Shown one piece after another: positions 25,101 to 37,100 of a DNA stretch of 64,000 nt (its first letter is position 1; the number at the start of each line of letters is the position of its first letter). This stretch comes from Lama guanicoe (Eukaryota). The position numbers and the translations under genes were made by a program. The DNA lies in the NCBI GenBank assembly GCA_013239625.1, contig MU053487.1, positions 3,121,058 to 3,185,057 on the forward strand. The letters run 5' to 3'. The notes beneath the pieces are model-generated. The model saw only the letters and a list, made by a program, of their open reading frames with translations, had not been told where the DNA came from and did no database searches.

Positions 25101-28100
25101 AGTCTCTGGACCAGACCGTGACTACCTCAGAGTGGGGTCCTGTCTCTTCTGTGCCTCTTACCGTGAGGCCCTTCGAGAGCAGGACCTTCATCCTACATCT
25201 CAGAGCTGGGCCCAGCATGGGCACAAAGAAGGAAGCAGGGAAAGCACCTGCTATTCCAGCCTCCTCTCTCTTCATACCTTGGGGGAGGGGGTCTTCAAAC
25301 TGACTGAAGGAGGAGCCAAGAGAGGGGCTTTCCTGGGGCAGAGAATAATGACCAGAGGCTGGTTGAGGTGACCCCTTCCCTCCAGCCCCCTACTCTTGGG
25401 CTGCTGTCTCCCCACACAGTGTGGCCCTGGGGCTGCAGGTCACAGGCCCTCACCTGTCTCACTGGGCTCATAGCGCTCAATGAGGGAGAGAGCCAGTGCC
25501 GGCCCTGCGGCCTCCTCCCGCTGCTGGTGCTGCAGGAACGTCACTAGCTGGTCCACGGACAGGGTCTCCCGCAAGCCAGCGGCCTCCTCAAAGGTGCGGT
25601 CGATCTCCTTCCTCTGGGTCAGCATCTTGTAGAAGGTTTCAATCTCCTCATCCTCCAGGGAGTCCGTCTGAGAGTGGTCACATTCCTGCAGAGCCAGGAT
25701 GCCGGGTGGGTAGGGCTCAGAGCAGGCTCCGGGCTGCAGGCAAGGACCCACTGCCAGGCAGACCCAGCCTCACTTCCCGCCTCACCCTGAAGATCTTCCG
25801 GGCATAGCTGTCGTCCACCTGGATGTTAAGCTCCTTCAGGAAGTTCTGCAGCTCCTTGAAGCTCATCTTGTTGTCCTTGTTCTTGTCAGCCTTTCGCAAG
25901 CAGGAGTGAATCCAGCTGGGCAAGCAGTAAGGAAAGAACCTGGCAGCCCTGGTACCCCTGAAGTCCCAGCCAGAGCCACAGTTCAAGCTCAGGGTCAACT
26001 CCTGGGCCCAGGTGGACTGAGGCCCCCTATAGATACAGCTCCCCACAGGCCTGTCTTATAAAATTTCATGGGCAAGACCTGGTAGCCTCTTTGGAGGAAA
26101 TGTGACATCCGATGAAGGAGTCTTTTTTTCCCCTATTTTCTGGCTTTGAACCCTTTCAGAATTTCAAGAACATTTCTCTTCTCACTATAAAAGGGTTCAT
26201 TACAGACAATTTAGAAAATGCAGAAGAGTACACAAAGCCCCCACAGTCCTATCACCCAGGTGTAACTACTGTTAACATTTCAAGGTGTGTCCTTTTGGCT
26301 TTCAGTATAGAATTGTTACCCCACTAACTAAAGCACCTGAGACTTAATTAATAGGAAACAGCAAATTTCAAGCCAGTGATTAGAAGGTGGGGACATCACA
26401 TGCAAAAGCAAAGCCTAGATCACGGTGTCAGGATTGGGGAGCGTAGGTCCCCACTTCTCCCTTCCCTCTATCTCTCCCGTCAGTCTTGACCTTGAGAACC
26501 AGAGAAAGCGGAGCTCCACGCTACATTCCACAGAAAATAGACAGCTAAGTATAGAACAGGACAATGAGAACTCCTGAGCACAAGGAAAGCATGACAGCCA
26601 GTTTTTAGAAGAAATCACAAAGGAAACAGCAACATAAATCATGCCACCTAAACTTTTAAAAATTCTAAGGATCAAATCAAGAAAAAAAAAGTTATCCATC
26701 TGACTGACTGGAGGAAACATTTGCAGCAAAGGCTTTGAAGAATTAATTTAAAAAGAAAATGGTACAACGACCCTAATAACTAAATGATAAAGGGATATAA
26801 ACTGACCTTTTGCAAACGTTACCAGTGATCAAAGATATCAACAATTTGGAAATGAGATGCAACTTCTTGAACTATAAGATTAGCAACTTAAAGGTAAGGG
26901 TGAAGTGAAATGGACCCTCTTATCCATCACTTGGGCCAAGTAAATTGGTACAACCCTTAGGAAAGCAATGTAGGTATAGCTAAGGCTTTAACCTGTTACA
27001 TCATTTGACTCAGTAATTCCACTTTTAGGAACCTATTGATAAGGAAATACTCCTAAATACTGAAAGGTTTTATGAACATAGTTCTTTGCAATGTTGTTTT
27101 TAGTGGTGAAAGACTAAAAATTAAATACCACTAAAAGAATTGTTCTCTAATTTATAGTGCAGCCACTCGGGAATAGTACACAGTCATCAAAGCTGTTATG
27201 GTGACTACTAATACAGGGAAATATGACATAACATTACACAGAAAATGGATACAAATTGTATGATGTTCACTATTTTTGGCAAATGCATCATTAGGCAAAA
27301 TGAAATGCAGCAAAAAAGATTAGAGGAGAACCTAAATACTGGCAATTTCTGGAGGAAGTGGGTTTTCTGGGCCTTTAAAACTTCATTCTAACATACCCAT
27401 ATTTTTCAGGTTTTATGTATATATGCATGGATGTTTTATGTAAATATCCATATATATTTACATGAAAAAATTTTATGGCAAAATTCACAAAGTAAACCCT
27501 TATATTTATGGTCCATTGATTTTTGACAAGGGTGTAAAGACAATTCAAAGAGGAAAGAATAGTCTTTTCAACAAATGGTGCTGAAACAACTGTATGTTCA
27601 CATGCAAAAAAATGAAGTTGAATCCCCCACATCACACCATACACAGAAACTAGCTCAAAATGGATCAGAAATTTAAGAGCTCAAACTATAAAACTCTCAG
27701 AAGAAAATGTAAGATAATTGTGGCTTTGGATTAGGCAAAGCCTTCTTAGATACGACATCAAAAAGACACAAGAAACAAAGCAAGAAGTAAACGAATTAAA
27801 CTTCACCAAAACTAAAAACTTTTGTTCTTCAGAGAATACTTCCAAAACAAAAAAAAAAAGAACCCAGAGAATGGGAGAAATTATTTGCAAAGCATATATC
27901 TGATAAGAGACTTGTATTTAGAATATATAAAAAAAGTCTTACAACTCAATAATCAGACAGATAGCCCAACTTAAAAATGGGCCAGAGATCTGAATAAACA
28001 TTTCTCCAGAGACAACATACAAAAGCACATAAAAAATGCTCAATATTATATTATTAATTACTAGGGAAATGCAAACCAAAGCCACAGATACCTATTAAAA

Positions 28101-31100
28101 GGAAAAAGAAAATAGCAGGTGTTGGTAAGGACATGGAGAAATTGGAACTCTTGTGCACTGTTGGTGAGGATGTTATGTGGTACAGATGCTGTGGAAAACA
28201 GTACGGTGGTTCCTCAAAAATTAAAAATAGAATTACCATATGGTATAACAATTCCATTTCCGGGTATATACCCCCAAGAATTGAAAACAGAGTCCCAGAG
28301 AGATACTTGTACATCCATGTTCATAGCAGCATTATTCACAGTGGACGAAAGGTGGAAGCATCCCAAGTGTCCATTAATGGATGAAGGAATAAATAAAGTG
28401 TGGTGTATACATACAATGGAATATTGTTTAGCCTGGAAAAATACGGAAATAATAACATATGTGACAACATGGATAAACCTTGAAGACATTATGTTAAGGG
28501 AAATAAGCAATGGCAAAAAGACAAATAGTGAATGATTTCACTTATATGAGGAACCTAGAGGAATCAGTTTCATAGAGACAGGAAGTACAACAGTGGTTGC
28601 CAGGGGCCAAGGAGAGGGTGGAACGGGGAGTTACTGTTTAATGGGTACAGGGTTTCAGTTTTACAAGATGAAAAGAGTTCTGGAGATGGGTTGCTCAACA
28701 ATATGAGTGTAATTAACACTACTGAACTGTACACTTAAAAATGGTTAAGGCAGTATGTTTTACATTATGTGCATTTTACCTCAATTAACCGAGAATTAAG
28801 ATTAAAATTACTAGGTCTATTTTAAAAAAGAGCTTAACAACAACAGCAAGTGGGCAGATGATCTACTGAATAGATATTTCTCCAAAGTGATATACAAATG
28901 GCCAGTAACCACATGTAAAGATGCTCAATATCATGAGCTATTAAGGAAATGCAAATCAAAACCACCAAGATGCCACTTCAAACCCACAAGGATGGCTATA
29001 GTAAAAGAGGCCGATAATAACCAGGGTTAGTGACAGTGTGAAAAACTGGAACCCACAGACACTGCTGGTGGGAATGTAAATTTCCTCTTTGGAAAACAGT
29101 TTGGCAGTTTCTCAAAAGGTTAAACATACAGTTACCTCAAGACTCAGAAGTTCGAGGTATATGCCCAAGAGAAATGAGAACATATGTCCACACAAAAGCT
29201 TATACACGAATGTTTACAGCAGCATTATAAAGAAGAGTCCCAAAGCAGAATCCCAAATGTCCATCAGCTGCTGAATGGATAACTCAAATAGCCGTGCAAT
29301 GGAATAGTATTAGGCAAACAGAAGGCATAAAGTACTGATATGTGTGACAACATGGATGAACCAGAAAAACATTATGCTCTGCGAAAGACCCCAGTCACAG
29401 CAGACTGTGTTTCCACTTACATAAAATGTCCAGGAAAGACAAACATATAGAGGAAGAAAGTAGATTGGTGGTTGTCCAGGGCTGGGGGTTGTGGGGAGAT
29501 GGGCCTGGGGTTTCTATTTGGATGAAAATGTTCTAACATTCATTGTGGTGATGGTTGCATTAACTCTGTGAATTCACTCAAAAGCATGGACTTGTACACT
29601 TTAGTGGATGAATTATACAGTATATGAATTATATGTCAATAAAACTGTCATTAAAAAAAAAGGTGGCACTGGATCCACCCTAATCCTATATACCTGAATC
29701 CTGATCGCTGTGAATCATAAACTAGTGTGTCATTTTGTCCCTAAATTCTGAAGTGAATTTGTTTCAACCTCACAGGCTGGCCTGCACACCAGACCTGGGG
29801 AAACCTGATCTCTCCCCAAAGAATGGCTCAGGGGTGGGGCAGTGGGGGTGGCCTCCCAAACTCCCAGAGAGAAAAAAATGCAGTAACTCTAGGAAACATG
29901 ATTAAAACATCCAAGACTAGGTCTCCCACTAAAGCAGGCGGCTCCCCTCAGCCTCCCCGGCCTCCCAACTCCATGGTGGTTACAGAGGGGGGACAAGGGA
30001 CTTCAGGGGGCTGCACTGCTGTCTGGCCCTTGGGTCAGAGTAGGCCAAAGAGGGCTGCAGGTACCGTCCCTTCTTCCCCTAATTGTGTTCCCCCCAAATT
30101 CAGGTATTGAAGCCCTAACCCCCAATGTGATGTATTCGGAGATGGGGCCTTGAGAGGTTTGGATGAGGTTATGACTGGCGCCCTCAGGATGGGATTTGTG
30201 CCCATATGAAAAGAGTCACCAGAAATCTCTCTCTCTGCCATCTACAGATGTGTGAAGACACAGTAAGAAGGAAACCATCTACAAGCCAAGAAGAGGGCCC
30301 TCACCTGAACCCAACCATGCTGGCACCACGATCCCAGACTTCCAGACCCCAGAACTGTAAGAAAATTAAATTCTGTGGTTTAAGCCGCCCAGTCTTTGCT
30401 GTTTTGGTATGACAGCCTGAGCTGGGTGTCTTCCTTGCCCAGGTTGCCCTGGGGACGACCACAGCCAGTGACCACAGGCTGAGCCTGGACCGACAGCCCC
30501 CAAAAGGATACTGCCGCAGCTTCTGCTGCTGGTCCATGGAGCCCGAGTGCTGGATGATCTTGCGCAGGCCCTGCACCCAGTGCTGGGCGTCGGCTGGCGA
30601 TGGGGCGATGAGGTCTAGCGTGTTGCGCTGGTCCTTGAAGACGATGGAGAAGCAGCGGTCCTCAGGTATGTCCCGGGCAAACTTCTCCAGGCCCTCCGTG
30701 CGATGTCCCATCCGCACCTCCTGAATGTCCTCAATGGAGACTGCAAGAAGCAGGTGGGGATGGGTACAGAGAGAGCTGTGAGGCCAGCCCCTGCCCCTGA
30801 CACACGCAGCCTCAGAGACGCAGAGCCAGGGCTGGATCTCAGGCCTTGATCCAGAGAGGAAGGAGAGGGTCAGGAAGATGGTCAAAGGTGGGATGAAAGG
30901 GAGGAAGGAGGACAGGGACAAGCCAGGGAGGAGAGACATGAGACAGCTGTAGTGGGCAGAGTGGAGACTCACAGGGAGAGGGAGAGACAGAGACAGAGAG
31001 AGGGACTGACTTTAGGGTGGGAAGGGCACCTAGAGTCCCAGGCCCCCTGTTTCTGTGCTGGGAGGGAGCAAGGCCCCTGGCAGAGGACTGGGGCAGGGCA

Positions 31101-34100
31101 GGGCTCTCAGACAGAGACAGAGACCATTCTGGAGCTTGGAGTCTGTGACAGGAGGCCACGCACCCTCCTGTGGTACTTGACTCTGAGCCCGTCTCCCCCC
31201 CCAGGACAGCCATAAGAGCCTCCTGGCCCTGCTCCTGACCACCTGGGAGACCTGAGCAACCCTCAGTCAGCCCTGGCCCTGGGGCCTGGAGGCAGAGGGC
31301 CGAAGACAGAGGGAGAAGGGCTTGTGTCAAAGAGCAGCCAGGGTCTTGCCCTGCATGTATCTGTCCTGAGCTCAGGGAGCCCCTTGGCAGAGTCAGTGCT
31401 TCAGGATCCCAAGAGGCAGACTGGGGGGTACACATGGATATCTGAGAGGTGACATCATTCTGCCCTTGGGAGCTAGGGAGCCCTCCTGTCACAGCCCAGC
31501 CTTCCAAGCTTCAGGGAGCAGCAAGGTCCTGCCTGTTCCCCCTTCACCTGAAGTGTGCCCTCCCTGGTCTGGCTGGGAGCCAGTCCCACCAGCTGGGCTC
31601 CTGCTGGGCCTCCCAGCATCAGGGTCCAGACTCTGCTCTTGCCCCATCCCCATCCTGATCCATCCATATCCATCTATCCTGGGTCCTAGACCAGCTCTGG
31701 TCAAAAGCCTGCCTGTCCTTCCCAGACTACCCACATGGCATGGCCAGGGGCATCCTGGCCACCTGCAGGCCCCACAGGTGTGGCATGTGCCAGCCTGGGT
31801 GGCAGGCTCTGAGGTGTGAGACATACAAACCCTGGGCCATCTAGGGTGCAGGGGATCTCCCTACTTAATCTCTCTGCCCACAGCCTTCCATCCCTGCTTG
31901 GCCCTGCACTGGCTGCAGCTGCCGCAGGCTGGGAGTGGAAACAGGAAGCTGGAGCCGTGGAGGCCAGCACCCCACCCGCACCATGAGAAAGTCCAGATGC
32001 CTTCCCTGCTGATAATGCCTTGTCTGCCTGCGGGAACTAGAGGTGAGGAAGATCGTGGTGTCAGGACTGGGGGAGACTTAGGGAACAGGAAGCAGAGGCA
32101 CAGAGGACTGGGGGCCCCTTCCTGGCTTCAGTTTCCCAGAGGGAGGTGTAACGCAATGGAGAGCAGTCACCCAGAGAAGGGAAGTAGCCCAGAGGCATGA
32201 GCAGCCCAGACCTTTCTCTGTCTCTGACGTGGGAAAGAGCCTCTTCCAGGCACGCTTCTCGCTGGAGCACACCTGGTACCCCACCCCGAACCTGTCACCC
32301 CTGCAGCCCCTCCTTTCAGGACGCAGGCCCCTCACTCATGCCTCTTTCTCATTCCCACCGCTGTACCTTTGCTCACATTGGGGCCCCTGCCTGGGATGTG
32401 AGGAACAGCCCTTGTGCTTACAGCTCTCCCGGCATGTGGTTCCCATTCAGCCCAGATCTGGAAAGGCCCAGATTTCCCACTCCTCTGCCCCCTGCCCACC
32501 CCCGCCGAGTTCTTGGCACACGCTGGGAACCAGGCTTATGTACTGGCTGGCAGGTGGCCTCCTGGGACTCCCCAGGGGTTGGAGAGTAAGATGCTCCGTT
32601 CCCACGGTGCTGCCACCTGCCAGTATCTAACAGGAAGCCCCCTATCAGGGCAGAGGCCTGTGAAGGAGCCTGGCTGGTGCCACAGATAGAAGCAAAGGCT
32701 GGGTCACTCTTTGTGTTATGTGGCTGACATGCACTCAGGGTAGTTTTCTGAGAGTGCTCTGCCCCCTCCAACCCTGCCCAGCCCCACTCAGAACCCTTCC
32801 ATGGCCCACAGTCCCCAGGACCCGGTCAGTCTCTCCCCATCTGACCCAGCTCCTGTCCAGCTTCCCCTGTGGCCCTGCCACAGGCTACATGCCTGCAGGT
32901 CATCCCTTCTCAGGTTTCTGCCCAGTGTCCTGGGTCCTGGCAGACCCTTTCTTGGGCATCTTCAGTGGGTTGACTGTCCCCTTCCTCCTGTCTCCTTCCT
33001 GCCTGGGACCTGTCACCTGTCACCAATAGACCTGCTGGTGTGCTGACCCTGCCTATGCCCCCACTCCATGGCCAAGGGTGGGTTAATGAGTAAAGGATTT
33101 CCAGGGGGTTTAGCTGTGTGAAATCCAGCTGCAGTGATCTCTGCACTACCAGCCAAATGTGGCTATTTAAATATAATTAGTTAAAATTCGGTAAAATTAA
33201 AAATTCAGTTCCTCAGTCACACCGGCCATAGTTCAAATGGTCAATGGCCACAGGTGGCTAGTAGCTGCCATACTGGACAGCATTGATACAGAGATAATTT
33301 CCATTATCAGAGAAAGTCCTTTTGAATAGCTTCGGTCTAAAATTTTCCCAGCAAGTAAAGGTGCAGAGGGGACCTCTCATTTTACAAAATCTTTAGGGCG
33401 TTCTGTGGTAAAAGGCAGCAATCAGCAGAGCTTTCTCCCTGAGGCCTTGCAGGAGGCACTCTCCATCTGCAGGCCTAAACTTTGGATTTCTGGGCCTTTT
33501 CTGAAGCTTCTAGAAAGCCCTCAGGCCCACACCATCAAGGGAGCTGCCCAGCCAAGGCCTCTCTCTGCAAGTCCCAGCCCTGCTCCACTGGAACCTCCCT
33601 GTTACGGCCTCAGTGCGAGGGAGGAGCTGCCTCCTGCGGCCCCACCTCACATCCTGGCCACTGACACCCGGAAGAGCCTCATCTGTCCCCGGACTTTGGG
33701 CCTCACCACACCTGCAGTCGTGGTCCACCCAGCTTCCCTCCTTCCCACAGATGTCTGGGTGGATACCTGTGAGTTCAGGCAGTACTGTCCAGCTCCCTCC
33801 CTACTTCTGAGCCTGGCTTTCCTCATCTGAGGTCACAGCCATATATTCCTACCCCAAAAGGTGTTAGCATCTCCATCTGTGGTCCTCAGTCCATGGCTGC
33901 CTTCTCTGGCCCAGAATAGGCCTCAGTTTCCCTATCAGCAATTTAACAGTCTCCTCTTCCCCACGCTGGCCACCCTTGATTTCTCTGTATCTGGTCCTGA
34001 CCGACCTATGCCCCACAAGACCTGGCCTCAGTTTCCCTGCCTTGATCCTGGTGCATGACTGAACTCCAGCCCCACCCCACCCCTGCCAGCATCAGTTTCC

Positions 34101-37100
34101 CTTCAAGCATGGGTTCCACACCCTGCCCACTCCCAGCAGCCCAGGGCACTCACACAGCTGGGACTCCGGGGTCCGCATGACCTTGCGGGACTCCTGCCAG
34201 ATTGTCTTGCAGTCCTCCTGCAACTTGTAGAAGCGTTCTCTCCGCCAGGAGTTGGACTTCACCTTCAAGAGTTGGCTGCCCTTCAGCAGTGCCTGTATGT
34301 CTTTGTCATCCTGTAGGCCTAGGGGGCAGAGCTGGTAAGATGCCACCTCCTCTAGTGTCCCTACTGCTCCAGTCCCCATGCTGGCCATGCCCACCTCCAG
34401 ACCCTCTTGTCACCAGCCTCCATCCTCAGCCCTCTGCTCACTTCTCCCTCCATCACTTGCTGCAGCCTGATTCTGGAGCCCTGCCTTCTCTAGGAAGTCA
34501 TCTTGAATGCCAGGTGAGACCTTGAAAATCTTGGGACACCCACCCACTCATGGCCAAACTTTATACAGTAAGACTAGCCACCCATAGCTGAATGGACAGA
34601 GGGAGGGCAGCTAACCGCTAGGAAATGACCTGGCTCTGAAAGACGAAGTGGGCCCCTCCCTAGCATACTTAGGGATCAGAGTGTCTTGAAGGGAGCTGGG
34701 ACCAAAAGGTTAGGCAGAGCAGGAAGGAAAAGGGACAGACACAATTGGAAGTGGACCCCAGAGCATCAAGAGCCCAACAGCCTCACAAGTCCAATGACTC
34801 TGGGATCACCTCTGCCTAAATGCAGGTCCCCTTACTGACCACTGTGTGACCTAGGTAAGTGACTTCATGTTTCAGGGCCTCTGCTTTCCTGTCTGTAAAC
34901 AGTGTAGCATCCATCTCAAAGGGAAGTCCCATGTTGCAAGAGTCTGGGGCGATCCTAAGGCAACAGCAGTTGTAGTACTTGGTGTCTACATTGTGGTTGC
35001 TGTGGGGCCCTTGTTCCCATCCCTCACCCCTGCTGCCCCCATCCCTGACTTGAGTGGGTCTATGATCCTTGTCCCCACAAAAGACAAATGAGCCCACTGA
35101 GGCCTGGGTTTGGCCTGCTGGGATGCCCCATCCCTCCCTGCCCACAATCTCTGAGTGTCCTGGGTCTGGGACCCCCCCTCAGGATGTAGCAGCCCTAAGG
35201 CACAAGTGCAGCCCTTTCAGAAAACTCTGGCTGCTTGGCGCCCTCCTGTCCAGCTCTCTTCAGAGACCCAGGCTGGCTTGAGGCATGGGCTCCTAAAGAC
35301 ATAGTGCCCTTTGTCCTACCAGGCTCAGGCAGGAGGCACCAAAGGGATACCTGGCTCCTCAGAAGTCCTCAGCCCCATGCAGACCTTGTACCAACTGTGA
35401 TCAAGGAGAGACCCCACCACTGCCATAATGACCCATGAATCTAGCAGACACCTCCAGTTCTAGGTCTGCACCTAGATCCATCACCCTAGCCACGTGTAGT
35501 CCAGCAGCCAGCTCTGTTTGGAGCTAATAGGCCATCTCAACTCACTTCTGTCCCCAAAATGAAAACTCTGTGACTTTTCAGCAATCTTCATCTTTCTTCT
35601 CCAGCAGAGCAGTGGCATCAGGGACTGTGCAGGTCCAGTGCCTAGGGATCCCCAGCCCTAATACGCTCTCCCACTTTAGCCGTGCCCCACTCCTCCCACC
35701 ACCCAGGCAGCCTGCTCCACACATGAACATAACCTATAGAACCTTCTGGACCACTTCCCCAAGCCTTGGCCACCCACACCCTCTCTATCCCACCCCAGTC
35801 TCCTGCCTCCAGCGGAGACCCAGCCCAGTGCTAATACCTGCTCCCCAACCACGGCTTTAGGCAACCACCTTCCCTCTCTGTGCCTGTTCCCCCATCAGCA
35901 CTGGCTGAGAACAGTGTTGGAGGAAGTGTCTCTGGGCCTCCTCAGATGTGACAGTCTGATGTGACCTTTCCCCACCTTTGTCCCAGGTCTCTCCACCACA
36001 TCCAGGAGACCCCGTGCCTTAGTGTTAGCAGTTCCCCTTTAGCCCCAGGGGAGGCCCAGTGGAGAAGGAGGGGGCTCCCGCAGGATGTCCTCAACTGTTG
36101 GCTGTGTCTGTGGGGCTCAAGACGAGAGGGAGGGAAAGGTGGTTCCCAGCTGCCAGAGGAGAGAGCCACCTCAGCCTCAGCTCAGCTGAGGGACTCTGCT
36201 GTCCTTCCTGAGCCTGAGCAGCAACTGGGAGGGACACCCTCTCCCCCTCTGCCTGCACCCCACCCCCAAGCTAGGCATCAGGGCAAGCCACAGCGCACAG
36301 CACAGATGGGAGTGGGGTGGGGGCGTGGAACGCAGGTGAGCCCCACCCGCCGGCTCTGGAAAAACACTGTGAGGAGATGACATGTTCATCCTGTCCTGGA
36401 GCCAGGCTGTGGCCTTGTCTGTGGTCAGGCAGAGATAAACCCCCTGGCTGCTGACATGCCTTCCGGAACACAGACCTCAGTCCCAAGATAGGTCTTGGTA
36501 ATCACCACTGCCCTCTGGGCCACTGGGAAATCTGGGCAGACCCTTCCATCTCTTCATCTCTAAGTCTCCTTTGAGGCCCTTTTGCTTCTATGCCCTTGCT
36601 CCCTTAGCACCCAGAAAGTCTGTGGGTACCCCTTGCCCAGCCCCACTCTCAGCTGTAGCATTGCGTCCTCCTGTGGGAGGGTGGCAATGAGGGGCCTTTG
36701 AGCTCAGAGTGGACCTTGCAGCCTTACCAACGTGCCCAGGCTAGCTGCACACAGTGAGGTGGCCATGTGGGGAGTGCAGAGGGGGCTGCAGTGCTAATAG
36801 AAGGCTGGGTAGGCAGTGCCAGGAGTCCTGCTCATGTGCAAAGTGTAATGCATAATGGAGACAAACTGAATCTGGGATCCAAAGCAATACACAGCTCCAC
36901 TGATGAATGGGATATAGTCATATATGCACCACACTACCATACTCATCACACACTGCCCTACACGACGTGGAAGGAGCAATGGGCCACAATTGTTACATGG
37001 AGTCACACAGCCACACCACATACAGTGCCAGAACATCATCATCATCATCATCATCATCATAATAGCAGCCACCATAATAATTGGTAGTATTTGAATAAGA

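Larger units (their letters stand above)
25916..30511 (-). other. U12-type (minor spliceosome) GT-AG intron, PLCD1 intron 3
   Basis: 5' site GTATCCTTTT (30511-30502); branch sequence TTCCTTAC (25934-25927) about 12 nt from the CAG. Confidence 0.9.

Noticed and set aside
28054..28535. Overlapping ORFs of 83-138 aa in PLCD1 intron 3
   Set aside because: Degraded L1 ORF2 C-terminus and its antisense, not host genes
36767..37087. Poly-His / poly-Met ORFs
   Set aside because: Translation of a (CAT)9 microsatellite in intronic DNA
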